Positions 13,599-27,760 of a stretch of DNA of 64,000 nucleotides are shown in pieces. The stretch is from Perkinsus chesapeaki ATCC PRA-425 (taxonomy: Eukaryota > Protista > Perkinsozoa). The position numbers were made by a program, and so were the translations under genes. The stretch covers positions 15,734-79,733 of the forward strand of contig JAAPAO010000096.1 in the NCBI GenBank assembly GCA_013115145.1, given 5' to 3'. The notes under the pieces were generated by a model. It had not been told where the DNA came from, did no database searches, and worked only from the letters and a program-made list of their open reading frames with translations. The number at the start of each line of letters is the position of its first letter. Position 1 is the stretch's first letter.

Positions 13599-13893
13599 CG
13601 ACCAAGACGGGAATCTAAAACCTGTCGAGTGAGATCGATATGATACCATCGGAACGCAAGTCGATAAAAAGGAATGAACGCCAATAGGCAGCACTTCAAT
13701 GAACTTATGAGAGTCGATTAAATAATAATAGGACAAACTGAGGCAAATTAACTTAGAATATTGGATAGACGAATCCGTCCGGCGCTTGACCTGCGTCACT
13801 GCGCCATAAAATAGAAAAATATGCGAAACAGAAGCTACAATGTTAAAAGCAAAAGTACATATGAAATCGTTGGAGTGCTCGCGTGCCATCATA

Positions 13894-16800
13894 TCACAGC
13901 CGATACTTGCCAGCCGAATGGCCTTTATTTTCGGCGAGAATCTCGGCAAGTTCTTGACTGGTCTCCACTGGAGCAACTGACATCCTATCTTGTTCAATCC
14001 TTTCCGAGGCTAGCGAACCACGACTGCTCCTTTTCCTGATAGGAGCCTTCCCACTCATTTCGTGATTCAGGTTCAATCTGTGTATGTCAGTAAAATGCTC
14101 TGAATCAGTCAAGATAAATATCTTCAATAGGATACCGAAAAGTGTGAAGAACAGCTCCAACGAGGCGGCCATGCCGACCAGTAAGAACTCGTCGTAAAAT
14201 CTGCTGTACTCTTTTTTAGTGACCAAACTGTCAGCTTTCCGCACAATCCTCCCCGGAAGCTCCTCGAGCAACGGGTATATGATAAGCGGATAGGAATCGG
14301 TGTACGCACAGTTCCGCGAAAAGACCTTCACATAGCAGTTGGCTCGCTCAGGACTGAAGCCGAACACGCATCCCTCTAGCGATGTGGCAGCCTCGGCAAT
14401 GTCGACGTCGAACATCCCAGAGCACCCAGCTTGAATGTACTGGCCACCAATGGTTCCAGACTCATCCACGCAAACCAGCACAGAAGGATCGGATATGCCA
14501 TCATAGACCTTTTCGAAGACTGTCATATCACTGCCACCGTCACCGGCACCCATTTTAATGGTCTGAGAGGGAAAACAGCATGACAGCGATGCGTGCCATT
14601 CGGTGGAGCTCACCTGAAACACTAGCTCTCTGGAGTACTTATAGTCATAGGAGACTGATATAATACCAGTATATGAACGGTTACCACCACGACTGAGAGA
14701 CGACAGGATAGGATTGATGTACAACTAAGCTCGACGTGAAAAAGTAAATATAGGATTTTGAACAAAGAGCAAGAACAGTTGAGGGCACTATATGGTATTA
14801 CGCGAGAAACGATAGTACCACACTGTGGTAAAAATAATGACCTAGACACTAGGGCCATGTCTCTAGCATTCGACCGTCAACAAAATGGAGAGCCCGTAAA
14901 GTGGATAATTACCTAATTATGGTAACGCATTCACCGTCTATACTATATGTCCCTGAGCACCCAGGAGCCGAGGGTGTTTTCTCGAAATAGTCATTAACGT
15001 CATTAAACCAAGGGTATCTGAGTAGATTAAGTAATCTCTTTACCAGACACACGTGTATGTTGCGAAATCTGGTTCATCATTATACTGTCTATTAACTTAT
15101 GCCACTCTAAGAGCGGAATCAAACTCGACAGATGTGAGTCACATCATATGACAGTGTAAGTGCACGCAGACGAATTGCAACCATTATCATCCTGGGAATG
15201 GTGGGGTTGTGGTAAATACCTCCATTCACGGAGGGGAGTTTAACGGATTATATTACAAAATCGACTACAGTAACTGTAATAAAGTTGATTATCTCTGATG
15301 AATGTTGTAATGTGTGTGGATGTATAACAATGATAAGTTCTGTGACAGCCACATCGGTTGCGAACCACGACCAGGTGTCGCCAACATAGTGGATAGTGGA
15401 AACAAGTGTCACCGCCATTCCTATAAGTCCTGCCCAAGTCTAAGCCGTGGCTGTGTGACCCAATCACACTCGCCGCGAGTTGAACGCACACTGGACACTA
15501 TTATTGCTCTGAAACATTTGCTGCCAGTACCAGTCGTCGATAGACATGGCCGAGACAAGGCCATATCTTAGAATGGCTTTCTTTTCAACCGAAGAGACAG
15601 ATGCCAGTAGCTGAGTTGGTTATGCCAATGTCTTCGATGAAATGGTCGCCGCTTGCACTTGTACAAAAACATTACTGTTGGTCGAACTAGAGACCTGACA
15701 GATCTCTAGTTCGAACAGTTGAACAGGCTCAAGTACGTTTCTATTCGCAGACGAATTGTGTCTATTTGTAGTCTACAAATTGTGTAACTTGCGATAGATT
15801 GCCGCCGGCAGAGATACCTGCCTGGGGCCTGTGGGCCACAGGTCGTGGGTATCCACCGAAAATACTCTGAATTGAAGACCCAGCTTCCAGAGGCAAAGTC
15901 AGAGCGAGAAAAAATGTATGCTGTATCTCAAGAGTTCTGAGTTGAACCCAAAGAAGCCTGATGTCCACTGGGAAGCCTCGAGTTAAACTCAGTGACTTCA
16001 CTAGCGCAGAACCGGCTTTCATCCAGCGAATCGGGGTGCGCCGCCAGGCTTGCAACTGCGAGCTTCATACTGGAAATACACCAGCTACGGTACGAAAAAA
16101 TCATGGGGCAACTGTAACGAGAAGGAACAAGGGCCCGGCTAGCTGGGTAAAACATAGCTAACCGCACCCAGAATGCCGCAAAAAGCCGGCACCCAAGATC
16201 CATTTATTGGATTTGCCCGAAAAACTTAAAAGAGAATCAAAGGTTGTTCGATGTGACACACATTAAGTTATTCCGCATTCGGCAACGACTACCGATAGAT
16301 TGCCAAACTCACAACGTAAGGGCTCGGCCATATGGCGGCGACATAATGTCGTTACTAACAAAGGCTGCGGGATGATTGGGATTTTACATAGGATGCGTCT
16401 CGGCGAAGCGAATCCATATTGCAGACTTACATACAGCAACTGGGAACCACCCCATTTAAATGACAGTCCTCGGCGGACTCCGCGTTGAAGAGAAGGCACA
16501 CTGAGAGACCAGAAATCACATCCGTACAAGTGAAGAGTGCTTCCTACGCGACAGGGAGAGAGCCACCAATAAGCCGCCTCGGAATATCGTTCGACTGTTG
16601 GGCGGCCATCGCCAGAGCACCACGCTGAATCTGACATGTTCCATTCAATTTCAGAATGGTGCGGGGATGTATCTCACGTCGTTAGAGCTATGGGAGCAAT
16701 AACTGAGAGCATCGCCACCGCAAAGGTAGTCCACCGCCCTTGTACAGCAGCAGCATTAATTTCAGATAAATAGTAACTGTTGAACAGGTAGGCGACAAAT

Positions 16801-19108
16801 GAGCAGAATACCTTACAGATTGCTAACGACGAGGGCAATTACAACCAAGGAGACATCATAGTCGAATGGGGAGGAAGAGTCTGGATTTATGTCGAGCTCA
16901 TCGCGGGGAACACCCCAGGCGAACGACGTCGACCTAAAAGGAGGATCCCCATGGTACCGGAAAGCTTCGAAAACGACTAAGAGAACCTGTCAGGTTCTCG
17001 CGATGTGGCAGGTCGTATCAGTGACCCGGTCAGGTTGACTGGTATGGAACAAGTTTCTACTGTACACCGTAACGGTATAATGCAAACTTCGCATTTACGG
17101 GCTATGTGTGCATCAGATTGATCTCGTCACCACATGAGTTGTGCAGCCGGTCACCCAGTGGGCAATGTTGCTGAATCCGTTTATACTATTCTTTCCACTA
17201 CTAGGCAAAGGCCAATTTGGTGTCAAGTTTCGCCCCTAACTCACCGTTTAATAAAGCTCTTCTTCTGAGGATGACGGTTTATATGCCAAAACCAGAGTAA
17301 CAATAGAACCAATACTCCACCAGCTATTTGAAGGATCGACAATACATAAGGATATGACACAGTGACCCAACCCTCTTGGTTACGTCCAACAGCATGGTCA
17401 AACTCTCTAGTGAAGCAATACCATACAAATATAGCAACCACAATACCAACACCGACCAGCTTGAGGAGGCTTCGTGGGCGCAGATCCGGACATAAACCAG
17501 GATGCATATGATGCCCCAGTATTATTGCACCTGAGAGAAGACATCGGGATACACCTAAAGTGATTTCCGGATACCAGTATACAAATAAGGAGAGCCGAGA
17601 GGCACGTTGGAAGGCCCGGAGAATCGTATCCGAAGCACGGAAGTTTGGCTGTGTTCTCTGAAGCCCTGCGAGAACCAATCAAAACGGGGGAATTTGGAGG
17701 TCTACAACCCTCCAAATTGTCCCCGGCAGTCCGGTCCATCAGTTCACACTTCACCATATTGTCCGTGTTGTCCGGTCACGACAAACTTTCCCTGTGCTTC
17801 TGATCCCGCGCAGGGAAACGATCAACAAGCGTGAGGTACTTCCCAGGCGGCCTACCGAACATAATGGCACTGTGTGTCATAAACAACTGGGCGCCTGAAC
17901 CGAATGTCCGTTCAACATCTGCATCGTCGCTTTTATCGTAAATGAGCACAAAGAACTCAGCCAGCTGCAAGCCAATAATTAGTATGATAACAGCAGTGGC
18001 GAGCAAACTGCGACGTCGAACTACCACAGGACTGTACCTACAGTAGAAGCGATGGCTGCACAAGAAGGATGAACAAGATAACATGGCTAAATAGCTTTAC
18101 TAATGAATGGCGGCGCGTGAAGATTTTCCAAAGACTAAGGAAAGCTTTCTCTGAAAAAGCCAGTTTTGAAAATTGAATCTTCCTATCTACAATATGATAG
18201 TGAAGTGGGACTTACTCTAGCATATAAATTAGAACACCGCTCTTCACAATACTTTGCCATATACTCAGCACATGCGTATACCAACCAAAGGAGCCATCGA
18301 CCATACGCATAATATTGTAAGTTATATAGCAAAACCATACGATAAATAAAAGGATGTGATCTGATAGAAAAGTCGTAAACCAACGCTTCACAAACTTCTC
18401 TCGTCTCAGATAAGCCACGCCTTTCCGCAATGTCTGGAAGACGCCCATACCATTCAGTTCTTCATGGTGCAGCAAACCATGCTCGTGAATCCTATGATAG
18501 TTCGGCTTGTAGCAGAAGAAACACACCACATAGAGGGCCGTAATGGTGATGACAGACGTGACCAACAACACAGTCTCCAGCCGCTCACTCTGGCTCTTGC
18601 CGTCACCGTAGCTCGGGAACTCGGATTCCTTAGCGAACGAGAAGCATGCAAATACCAACACTTGCGTTGCGCCAAATACTAGAACGAGCACCACCAGCAC
18701 ATTCACAAATAAGCCTTGCACTCCTTCTTGCTTTCGGGTGTGCAGCTTATGCCTATGCCCATTAACCAGCGCCCACGGTGCGGTCTCGGGATACTTGAAA
18801 ATCCTAAATGGTAGTAGCAACGTACACACCTTCGACAGTATACTGCGACACCGTCCTCGATCATCCCCCTCACTCTCCACAGAAGGCAACCGACCGGGCG
18901 GAGACCCCGGCAACGTCGGCGGAGTTTCGACCGGCGGGCCTTGGTCGCAACCTAGGCCGCCGATCTCCTGCGGAAGCTCTCCGATTCCAACCGAAAAGCG
19001 TACAGATCTTCGTATATGCGGATGAGCAAGTGGTGACGGAGGCAAGGAGGAGGAGGAGTCGGAAGGTTCTGGGATACCATGAGGGGATGGCAGACGAGGT
19101 GGGTCCAT
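13894..19108 (-). CDS. Large polytopic membrane protein, family unrecognised (may be more than one gene)
   Basis: Long ORFs (18212-19132, 17776-18084, 17241-17678, 13894-14724) plus intervening exons carry many hydrophobic segments, a Pro-rich N-terminus, a Cys-rich loop and a charged C-terminal tail. Confidence 0.65.
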
Positions 19109-19789
19109 TAAATGAGTAACTTCACAGGACAACGTAACACATCACAGTCAGACGATAAATGTAGCACGTGAAGGACTGACACACTCTCAGGTAACCTGAG
19201 CCAGGTTTTCCCTTTCATCCATAAAAAGCTGGGATGGAAATCATCATTCAGAAACTGCGTCTCGATCGTGCGGGCTACATCTGTACAATAACCGCCACCG
19301 AAGTCACTACGCTCCCTGACCCCTTCAATTCGAACGGGTCTACAAAACACATAGCGATATGGACCGATAAGTGAGAGCGACTATGGAACGGCAGACTACA
19401 GAGCCTAAGTGTGATACAGAACCGAAGCCGGGACTTCCCACTTAACCTCCTGCAAGAAAATTACCACTTGAAACGACTTGACAAAAGGCTTGTTTACTGA
19501 GACATAGAAACTGCAACGTTAAGAGGACATTCACCAACTCTATAGAGCCTTTCACCCACTCAGGAGGAATAGGCCACTGAGTGCATCGCACTCGATAGAT
19601 TATAAAGATACGTCCGATACCATCTCTCTAACAACTGTGGGATAATATATTATTTCTCGATAACCTGTTCAACCTAGTAATGTAAAAAATTTAAATCCGC
19701 CTGAGCCAGTCGCCCCCCATCAACTGCCTCTGGTGAGAACTACTCATATGAATCACTAGAGATCGCTAACAGCTACAGCACGACCACAG

Positions 19790-22700
19790 TCAAGGTGATG
19801 CCATCATCCTAGCCGAGGCAGGATTCGACGGCAGTGCCGGTTTGGTCATATGTAGGACCCTATAGAAGCTATTAGTGGCCTTGATCATCCACAGTGTTGC
19901 CACACAGCCCACTAGCAGACAACCGATGTTAATGGCGAAGCTGGTAGAATAGCAAGCGGAAGAGATGCACACCTTCTTGTCTGTACACAAGTAACAATGA
20001 TAATAAATACCTCAGACACCGGCTTACTTCCATCAAACGTAGATTCGCGATCATAGAGCCTGCCGAAGGTCAGCGACGCCAACAGAAACGAGCCCGTCAC
20101 CTGAACCAGGATCATTATAACCAACATTCCGCCGGAAATGATCCGAGCATGGCGGGGAAGTGGTAAATTCCTACCTGAGCAACTTGGGTGAGGGCGTACG
20201 TCGCCGCTAGATGACTTCGACCATACAGCTCTGCGCATATAGCTGCCATCAACGACCAGAATGTACCTGCGGGAAGTGCTCAGTACTTTGGGCTGAGTTA
20301 GCAGTTAAGTGAATCTAAGCTGCTTTGAGTAATCCAGTTCCCGTCCAAGCCACCTAAGGTCTCTTTACAGGAAATGGCTCCAATAAGCGGATAACCGATA
20401 CTGCTGTGAACTCGCCAAAGCGAGAACCAAAAAGGCTTTTTAGGCCAGAGTATTAGTCGACAGGCTAGTACCAGCCGACCGGCCACTAGGCAGTGCACCA
20501 CTGCTAGCTGGGCACCGAAGAGCCAGCAGCTCAACCAACAAAGTAGACTGATTAAGCAGCTTACCATAAGCCATGCCCACAATGGCACATCCGGCAAATA
20601 CCAATCCTAGCAAGGCCAATATGTATCCGAAAATCATAAGTACCAGACCAAATAGCAGCGCCCATGGACGGACCACCAAGGAGTCAGATACCCTCCCACT
20701 CAATACTCGTCCTGGAAGGAAACGAATAGTTCACTCTACAATGTGAAATTCTCACGCGCCTCATAAATGCAAGCAAGCCACTGGTGAGAGAGGCGTCAAG
20801 CGGTGTTGGAATATAACATCATCGATGGCGTTTGGCTATGGAGTCCATAACCTAACATCATCGATGGCGTTTGGCTATGGAGTCCATAACCTAACATCAT
20901 CGATGGCGTTTGGCTATGGAGTCCATANNNNNNNNNNNNNNNNNNNNNNNNNNNNNNNNNNNNNNNNNNNNNNNNNNNNNNNNNNNNNNNNNNNNNNNNN
21001 NNNNNNNNNNNNNNNNNNNNNNNNATAACCTAACATCATCGATGAGTGTATTGAAGTCTATTAAATCTAACTCGTCTTTTATCTATCATTTCATTGCTCT
21101 TAATAGTTCCAGGGATCTTGCAATATCCTTACCCGCAGCATTGCCGATTGATATCATGCTCACCATACTAGCCACAGCACTCTTGCTCAGGCCAGCCGCC
21201 AGGCCTATTTGAGCCGAATTATTGATAACCGTCAGGCCACCGCCAAGACCAGTCAACAGAGCCACAAAGTACAACCAGAATACTCCAGTGAGCATGCTAG
21301 CTGGGCCCTGCCATCACATAATCCTTCCTAGCATTTTGGTTCTAATTACATTCTTAACGCATTTATAGCATCTCCTGTCACTAGTAGGCATCTCCTCCAA
21401 AGGCTCCTGCTCCAACATAGGGTCGCTCTTCGCCCTTGGATCACTCAACGACCGTACCTGAAACCAAACACGGATGCCCACAAGGAACCTGAATAAGCCC
21501 CGACATGGTTACAGTAAATTTGACGGAGCACCGTAAAATTTCCCCTCTCAGCAAAGATTCAGAATCATCATTTGAATAGGTTAGAGATATCATCATATTC
21601 TACACCTATTCGATAGGTACCCCATAAACACACGCCTCGACGATGGAGACTAACACCAGCAACTACAATGTCAACAATTCCGGACGACGGCATTAAGGAC
21701 TCGATATTCTACTCAGCCTCCGAATACTTCGAAAATCGAGTCTGAGCTGCCCGATATCTCAGTCGCGCTTTAACTCAAGATACTCTCAAGGCAACCCCCG
21801 GTTGTAATCAAGTTTCTGGGATTAATATGAGCCCCAGAAAAGCTGCGCGCTCTCACAAATGGAGCTACTCCATCAAAGCTGCTAGCAAAAGTTCGTAAGC
21901 ATCTGCCGCAGTAGCTCAAAACGTAAAGGCGTACTCCCTCCGACCGTTCCCTTCATTACGTCTGTCTTAACAGCTATTGGTAAGTAAAGTACAGTCGGAA
22001 GTATAACCACTAACGATGTGGTAAACCTACATTAACACTTACAGACACAAATGACGTCGAATGCGAAGAACGGACATTTAATAGAAATTTCACGAGAAAT
22101 TCCGACCGATTTCCCACCGGAACCGCTCAGCATCACGCTTGCTTGTATCTCGCTAGTACGATCTTCCGTGAATCGATAAAATTAAATAGAAGGTAGTGGA
22201 AGGTTCTCGCGGAGCATAAGCGTTATGGCTCATCATCATATAGGCAGCTACATAGCAAAACACTGCATTAGGCATTCGAACGATAACGCTTCGAATGTTC
22301 ACAATTGCAACGGACGCCATTATCTAAAAATATTATTTCCGACCACCAACCTACGCCACAGCTCCTGGCAGCACACTAGGCGCCAGAGAGTAAACCGTGA
22401 GGACTACTGCTAATATAAGTAACATACCATACGATATAACAAAGCATCGATGATAGGCATAGTACCTACCAACACGACAAGATCACAGAAAGGAGCGGTA
22501 TGAAGATATTACTCCACGCTCACATCCTCGTGAACAACAAATATAAACCTACTGCCTATGGCGGCTATGATGGGAGATGCTATGGCCACTGTGACGAGGA
22601 AATCAAGAGTATTATTGGAAAGGAATGTAGCCGTCACACACACCAGAAATGAGGCACCTGAGATATAGATTTAGGCAAAGGCGTACAATTTTTAATAAAT

Positions 22701-24403
22701 CGTGGTAACAGATTGATAAAAATATTAACATGTGAAATCCAGATCTGACGCACATGATGATGATGGTATTCAGTATAGAGGTATCCTACCTAACCTGACT
22801 AGTAGAGAGTTTAATTACTTCATTTCATCATTGGGTATCTTATACACTGGTGGAATTCTTTGGCGCTGAGATGGGTGGGTACAATGGCCGAGGTGACATG
22901 TTTGAACCTCCTTATGCAACCAACGTCGCTGAATTCGATTCCGAAGTCAGTTTAGCTGCTTTTATCAAAAGAAGCTAAACTCGGCCCTGCTTTTCCCACT
23001 CTAGAAGTCATTTCATGGATATACTCAATTTTCCAAAACAATTCCACCCGTGCATATGAATAATATCAGATCAATTGTCATTGTATTGCTACCAAAGTAC
23101 AACAATAAAGCCAACTACCCACCGCAGGCGTTCAATGGAAGGTAAGCTTAATAGTATCAATGGTAAAAGGCAGGAGGCAATAGAGAAGGTCGCTAGGGAG
23201 AATCGATAAGGTAACCCTAAGCCCACCAAACGACCATGCCATTCCCAACCAACAGCTGCGATAAAATTCTACTCAACCCGCTTCCTTATCGCCGCCGTTC
23301 TTACTCAAACCATAGAAGGCCTTAACAATGCCCACCAACTTCCCTCGATGCCACGGAAAATTCTTAGTATTGGTTGACACCAAAGCACTGTCCATCCATC
23401 CTACTCCTTGCCCAACACATAAAAAACAAAGTATCTGAGGAAAGCCGATGAACAGTGCTCACTGAGAACTATGGATGATGATGAGGCACTTACCGGCGGC
23501 AGGGGCGTCCAAATCCCCAGCCTACTGGGCAACCATACAAGGACGTAGCCAACACCGACCAGTAGAGAACCTGGAACGATATACAACACTCCAAGGAAGA
23601 ATCGAGAGAGCAAAACATATGAATGTTAATGAAATAAGACGTAATAAAAGTAGCCCAATCGGTGGTACCAAAAGTAGACAAAAAGCTGCCACAGAAGGCA
23701 TCTAAAGGATGAATAGATTCGCTAACCTTTATCAGCCCTAGTTCCCCTTTTACTACCAAATAGTATTGTCGGCCGCGGGCCGTACTTATCGCAGAATACT
23801 CCACCGAACACCGACAGACCATTGCCGGCATTGAACGCTAGAGAGAGGTAAGTCAATTGGGACTAAAGGATTAATGCATTAATAATATTATTAACAACGT
23901 TAAGTCGGCATAACTACAATTTAAATTTACTCGCTCGTTCAAAGCGGAAAAAGTAAATATCTGTGCCATCTTACTACGAGCTTGGACATGTGTGAAATTA
24001 AACCGCCTCAAGAGGCAAGTTATTCCTAATAGAAGTATTTTAGGATTCGAGCTGTATTAGAGTATATAAGAATTTCCTATATAGAGCGGCTCTAGACTAC
24101 GACGACCAAGTTGATAGAAAGATCAGTATCATTGCCTCCTCATTTCCCCGGTTATTATTCTACAGCTGCTCTAGACTACAGAGAACTCCATCAATAAAGA
24201 GCTCAGGTAATCATTTCCGAAGCCTGCCCGTTTTCCTGTATTAATATTACCTGGCTCAGATCCAATGCGAACTTCAACTGTTCCGAATACAATCCAAAGG
24301 TATATACCGAGCCACATATCAACATGATTGGTAAGGAGGCAGCAGCAGTGGCCCAGGCTGCAACATTGGGGCACATCGGATGGTCACGGTCAATGATACT
24401 CAT
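19790..24403 (-). CDS. Nodulin-like (NFD4/Mch1-type) major facilitator superfamily transporter
   Basis: GSVYTFGLYSEQLK; GVFCDKYGPR; TNTKNFPWHRGKLVGIVKAFYGLSAS; FWLYFVALLTGLGGGLTVINNSAQI; SIGNAAGRVLSGRVSD; GRLYD...C...CYSTSF. Confidence 0.88.
20814..21044. repeat. 39-bp tandem minisatellite in an MFS intron, interrupted by an assembly gap
   Basis: Unit aacctaacatcatcgatggcgtttggctatggagtccat. About 3 identical copies precede the N-run and the unit resumes after it. Confidence 0.95.
20928..21024. other. Assembly gap (97 N)
   Basis: Run of N in the sequence. Confidence 1.
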
Positions 24404-25161
24404 AGTAGAGGGAAAACAACAACAACAACTTCTGAAATAATGCAGTGGTGTGCCTACTACCTCCTAAGGATGACAGAATAGGATGGCACATTCTCAGGAG
24501 GTGGAACTACCCATGAAATGATTCACTATGAAGTCAGCTACCATCGCGAACTAATTACCACCCATAAAAAAGACGTAATAGAGTAGTAAAAATAAGTCGT
24601 CATGTGCTGCTTCTCAACAAGTGAAGCTTCCCTCTTAGCCATCCTACACTTTGAGTTTTTAACAATGATGAAAGACAGCCACTTCTCTGCCATCAACCCG
24701 CACCCTCTATATGACAGTCCTTCACAGACAACCATCCCTCCTCAGAGCTCACTTTAAATGTAGAATATTTCCCGACTAAAATCCCGGTGTCCCTCATGCC
24801 AACAGAACGGCTCGCTGTCACCACCGAGTTCCCACAATTCGATAATCAACCCAATCCACCCGCACATTCACAAACCACCAAACTAACGAAATCTCTATCC
24901 ACCCCCCCCCCTCCCCTGCCGTCCCGCAATCCGCTCACTTCCAGCAAGCTAGCAGCAGCAGTGTGACACAAATGTCTTCTAGCCTTGGCGCCGCACTAAA
25001 CAAGCATTCACCCCCTCCCCGTGAATTCACCTAAACACCAGTCGTATTAACAAAAATTAAACTTGCCAAAATAGTTAAACCAGTAGCCGGCAAAGTGCCA
25101 CTATGATGATCATGAAATCGATCACCAGGGCGAGCGATATCGATTATCTTGCGAACCACTT

Positions 25162-26830
25162 TCACTGAGTAGACACCACAACTAGCTGAGCTGTATGATC
25201 TGCCATCAATGCAGCCACCACCATTTCTCCGCCTTTCAAGCTCGCGATTCCTGTGTACCGTTCAACCCCTTCACTGCGATCTAATTCCGTAACTCTCAGA
25301 GATCCATATTGGAGATCCCATCGATGGAGCGTGCCGTTCGATAATAGAATTGAGACGTCAGATTCTTCAGAGTGCGCAATCCCCGCTATGGGCGTATCTT
25401 TCTGGTAGTCGCCGATCTTAACTCGTTTTCTCCATTCCCCTTCACTCCCCCTTTCAAGCATATACACCCTTCCCTCGCCATTCGCCGCCACAGCTCTCGA
25501 GGCGCCCACAAATCCAATTTTCGCTATTTCCATCGGAAACGTCACCTCCGTCCCCGAGCTGCAATTCCACAGAGCCCTACCGCCAAAGGCAATAAGAATA
25601 GACCCGTCCCACCACACAACATCTGTCCCCTCTCGGCCCTCCCAGCCCACATCACACTGACCTTCCGGCCAAATACTAATGCCATCCGTTGCCACCAGCG
25701 TACCGCTCTCTCCTCCTTTCGTTGCCAGACCCACTGGAACGAAAAACGCCGCCAGCGAAGCGAAGATTTCCGCGCTGGTCTTCAGCAGGCGAGGCTGGCC
25801 AGCCCCCGTGCCTCCCGGCAGAATGAGCCCTGTCCCGGTGGGAACATTCAAGACGTCCAATAGGCCCCAGATGAGCCTGATACGAAAGAAAATGGGCAAG
25901 GGAAGATGTCGACTATACATTATTATACTACTACTATCCACTAATAAGAATACCACGCACCACATTCAAATGTATTGCAATAAAGATGCAGGAAAACAGA
26001 GAAGGAAACAGCGAGTCCCATCGACCACGACAGCTGCTCTATACGCACGCGTGGCATCTGTGGAAGATACAGTGTCCAAAATTCTGTCGCTTTATCGAGC
26101 ATGCCACTCGATTCCCCAGGTCATGGGGACTTCTAAAAAGATTTCCTTAGAGTTGCCTTACATCTGTATATTTTTTACTGGCACATGAACAGAAATGGCG
26201 AGAAAAATGTAAAACTTTATCGCATACGTGAATCGTACAACTAGCTCACACCCATCTGCAGAATCTACGGGGATTATGATACATTATACATAACCATTGA
26301 CAAACTTCCCCGCCCAAGCAGTACAGATCCCCGTAATGGACAATAAACGGCATTACTAGATTCCCATAATGCCACCATTACCAGTATAAGACTCAAAGAC
26401 CTCGAGGCATATCCATTGCTCCCAAAGGAACGCACTTGACCATTCCTCTAGCCCCAGCAGCTCTCCCAATTTCTATCACAATAGGACCGCTTTCCGATCC
26501 CCAACCAACACATTCCTATGACGCCAGATACCTCCCCGCTATATTACCCAACTGCCCATGTAAAGACTACTATACTGGACGCTTGTTTATATATTGACCA
26601 TGGCCTCGATGAATACTTAATAAACTGCTTCCTGCCTCTATCTTCACCCTTCACCTCATCTTTGCCACCGCCACCACCCTCAGACCAATCCGCGCTTGTC
26701 GAAGCGAATCTACACTTTCCGCTGGACGCCAACCACCACTCTTCCTATATTACGTGACGTTCGGCTTAACCTCTTCAATAGGCTCAAGGCCCGGAGATCT
26801 TTTAATGTCCTCAGGCAGCAAGCTTTTAGA
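25162..26830 (-). CDS. Membrane protein with a C-terminal beta-rich (propeller-like) domain; 5' end unresolved
   Basis: The spliced TM segment KYSSRPWSIYKQASSIVVFTWAVG|LIWGLLDV is followed by a ~230-aa beta-strand-rich domain (ILIAFGGRALW, RVYMLE, VSILLSNGTLHRWDL). Confidence 0.55.
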
Positions 26831-27076
26831 TATCCTATCCGAATGCCCATGCTCATACCTACAAGAATCGATGCTTGGGCTGGGTTACATAATCAATGCC
26901 ACCAAGTACAATTTCTAATATAACCCATCACTTCACTTTGGACTGCTATATCGGCATTCCCTGCTCTGCACTATACCATAGACAGATCTATATTACTAAG
27001 TAATATATAATACATCAGTAGCTGCTCACACAAGGCGGCCCCGGCACGAATAAAACGATCCCTACTCTCAGCAACC

Positions 27077-27760
27077 AAGCTGAAAACGCTCGACCGTTAC
27101 CTGCGTATAATGTCGATCTACTTTTTACGATTCAGACCTTCTCTTATTGCCGAAGTACTCTCACTACTGATTTAATATAGGATGAAAATAACAAATAAAA
27201 TATTGCCAAATTATCCGACGTAAGCCTTTCTATATGACCCACACAAATTACGCACACTGAATCCTGCAAGTAGAAATCTGCTAAATCACCAGCAGAGCCG
27301 CGACCAGCCAATTGGCGCCTTCCGACATCCCTCCATCCGTTGTATTATTACAGTTCGCTACTGTGCCGTTTTTGGCCTCCCTTCACCTCACTGGTTCCCG
27401 TGGCGTCTTGAAACTTCCTAACAGCTTCATAAAAAGCATGAAGCTCAGTGGCGATCTCTTCAGGCGTTGGCGAGGGGCTCTCTCCCAGCGAATCACTGCT
27501 TGAACCCTACCCAGCACGAAAATGGTAAACATGCATCGCTTCGCTCCGCCTACCATAGACTTTAATTCCAACAGTGGCGGTTGCCATCGAATATCTCCAG
27601 TGTCAGTATTGAGGTAATAGTTCACTGATTGGCCTGATGACGAAGCCCTTATTCTACTTCCACTGAGAAATAGGACGAAAACGAAACCAGAATGAATATG
27701 CCTTCTTGGTGGTAACAGACCATGATCAAGAAAGACAATACCTTCGGGCTTCACTCCATC
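27077..27760 (-). CDS. Small protein with a WW-like motif
   Basis: Exon GQSVNYYLNTDTGDIRWQPP matches the C-terminal half of a WW domain. Following exons read GSSSDSLGESPSPTPEEIATELHAFYEAVRKFQD and AGRGSAGDLADFYLQD. Confidence 0.45.

Noticed and set aside
21545-21610. ATGATGA/CTGA boxes on the minus strand in an MFS intron
   Set aside because: Too short and no convincing terminal stem or guide.
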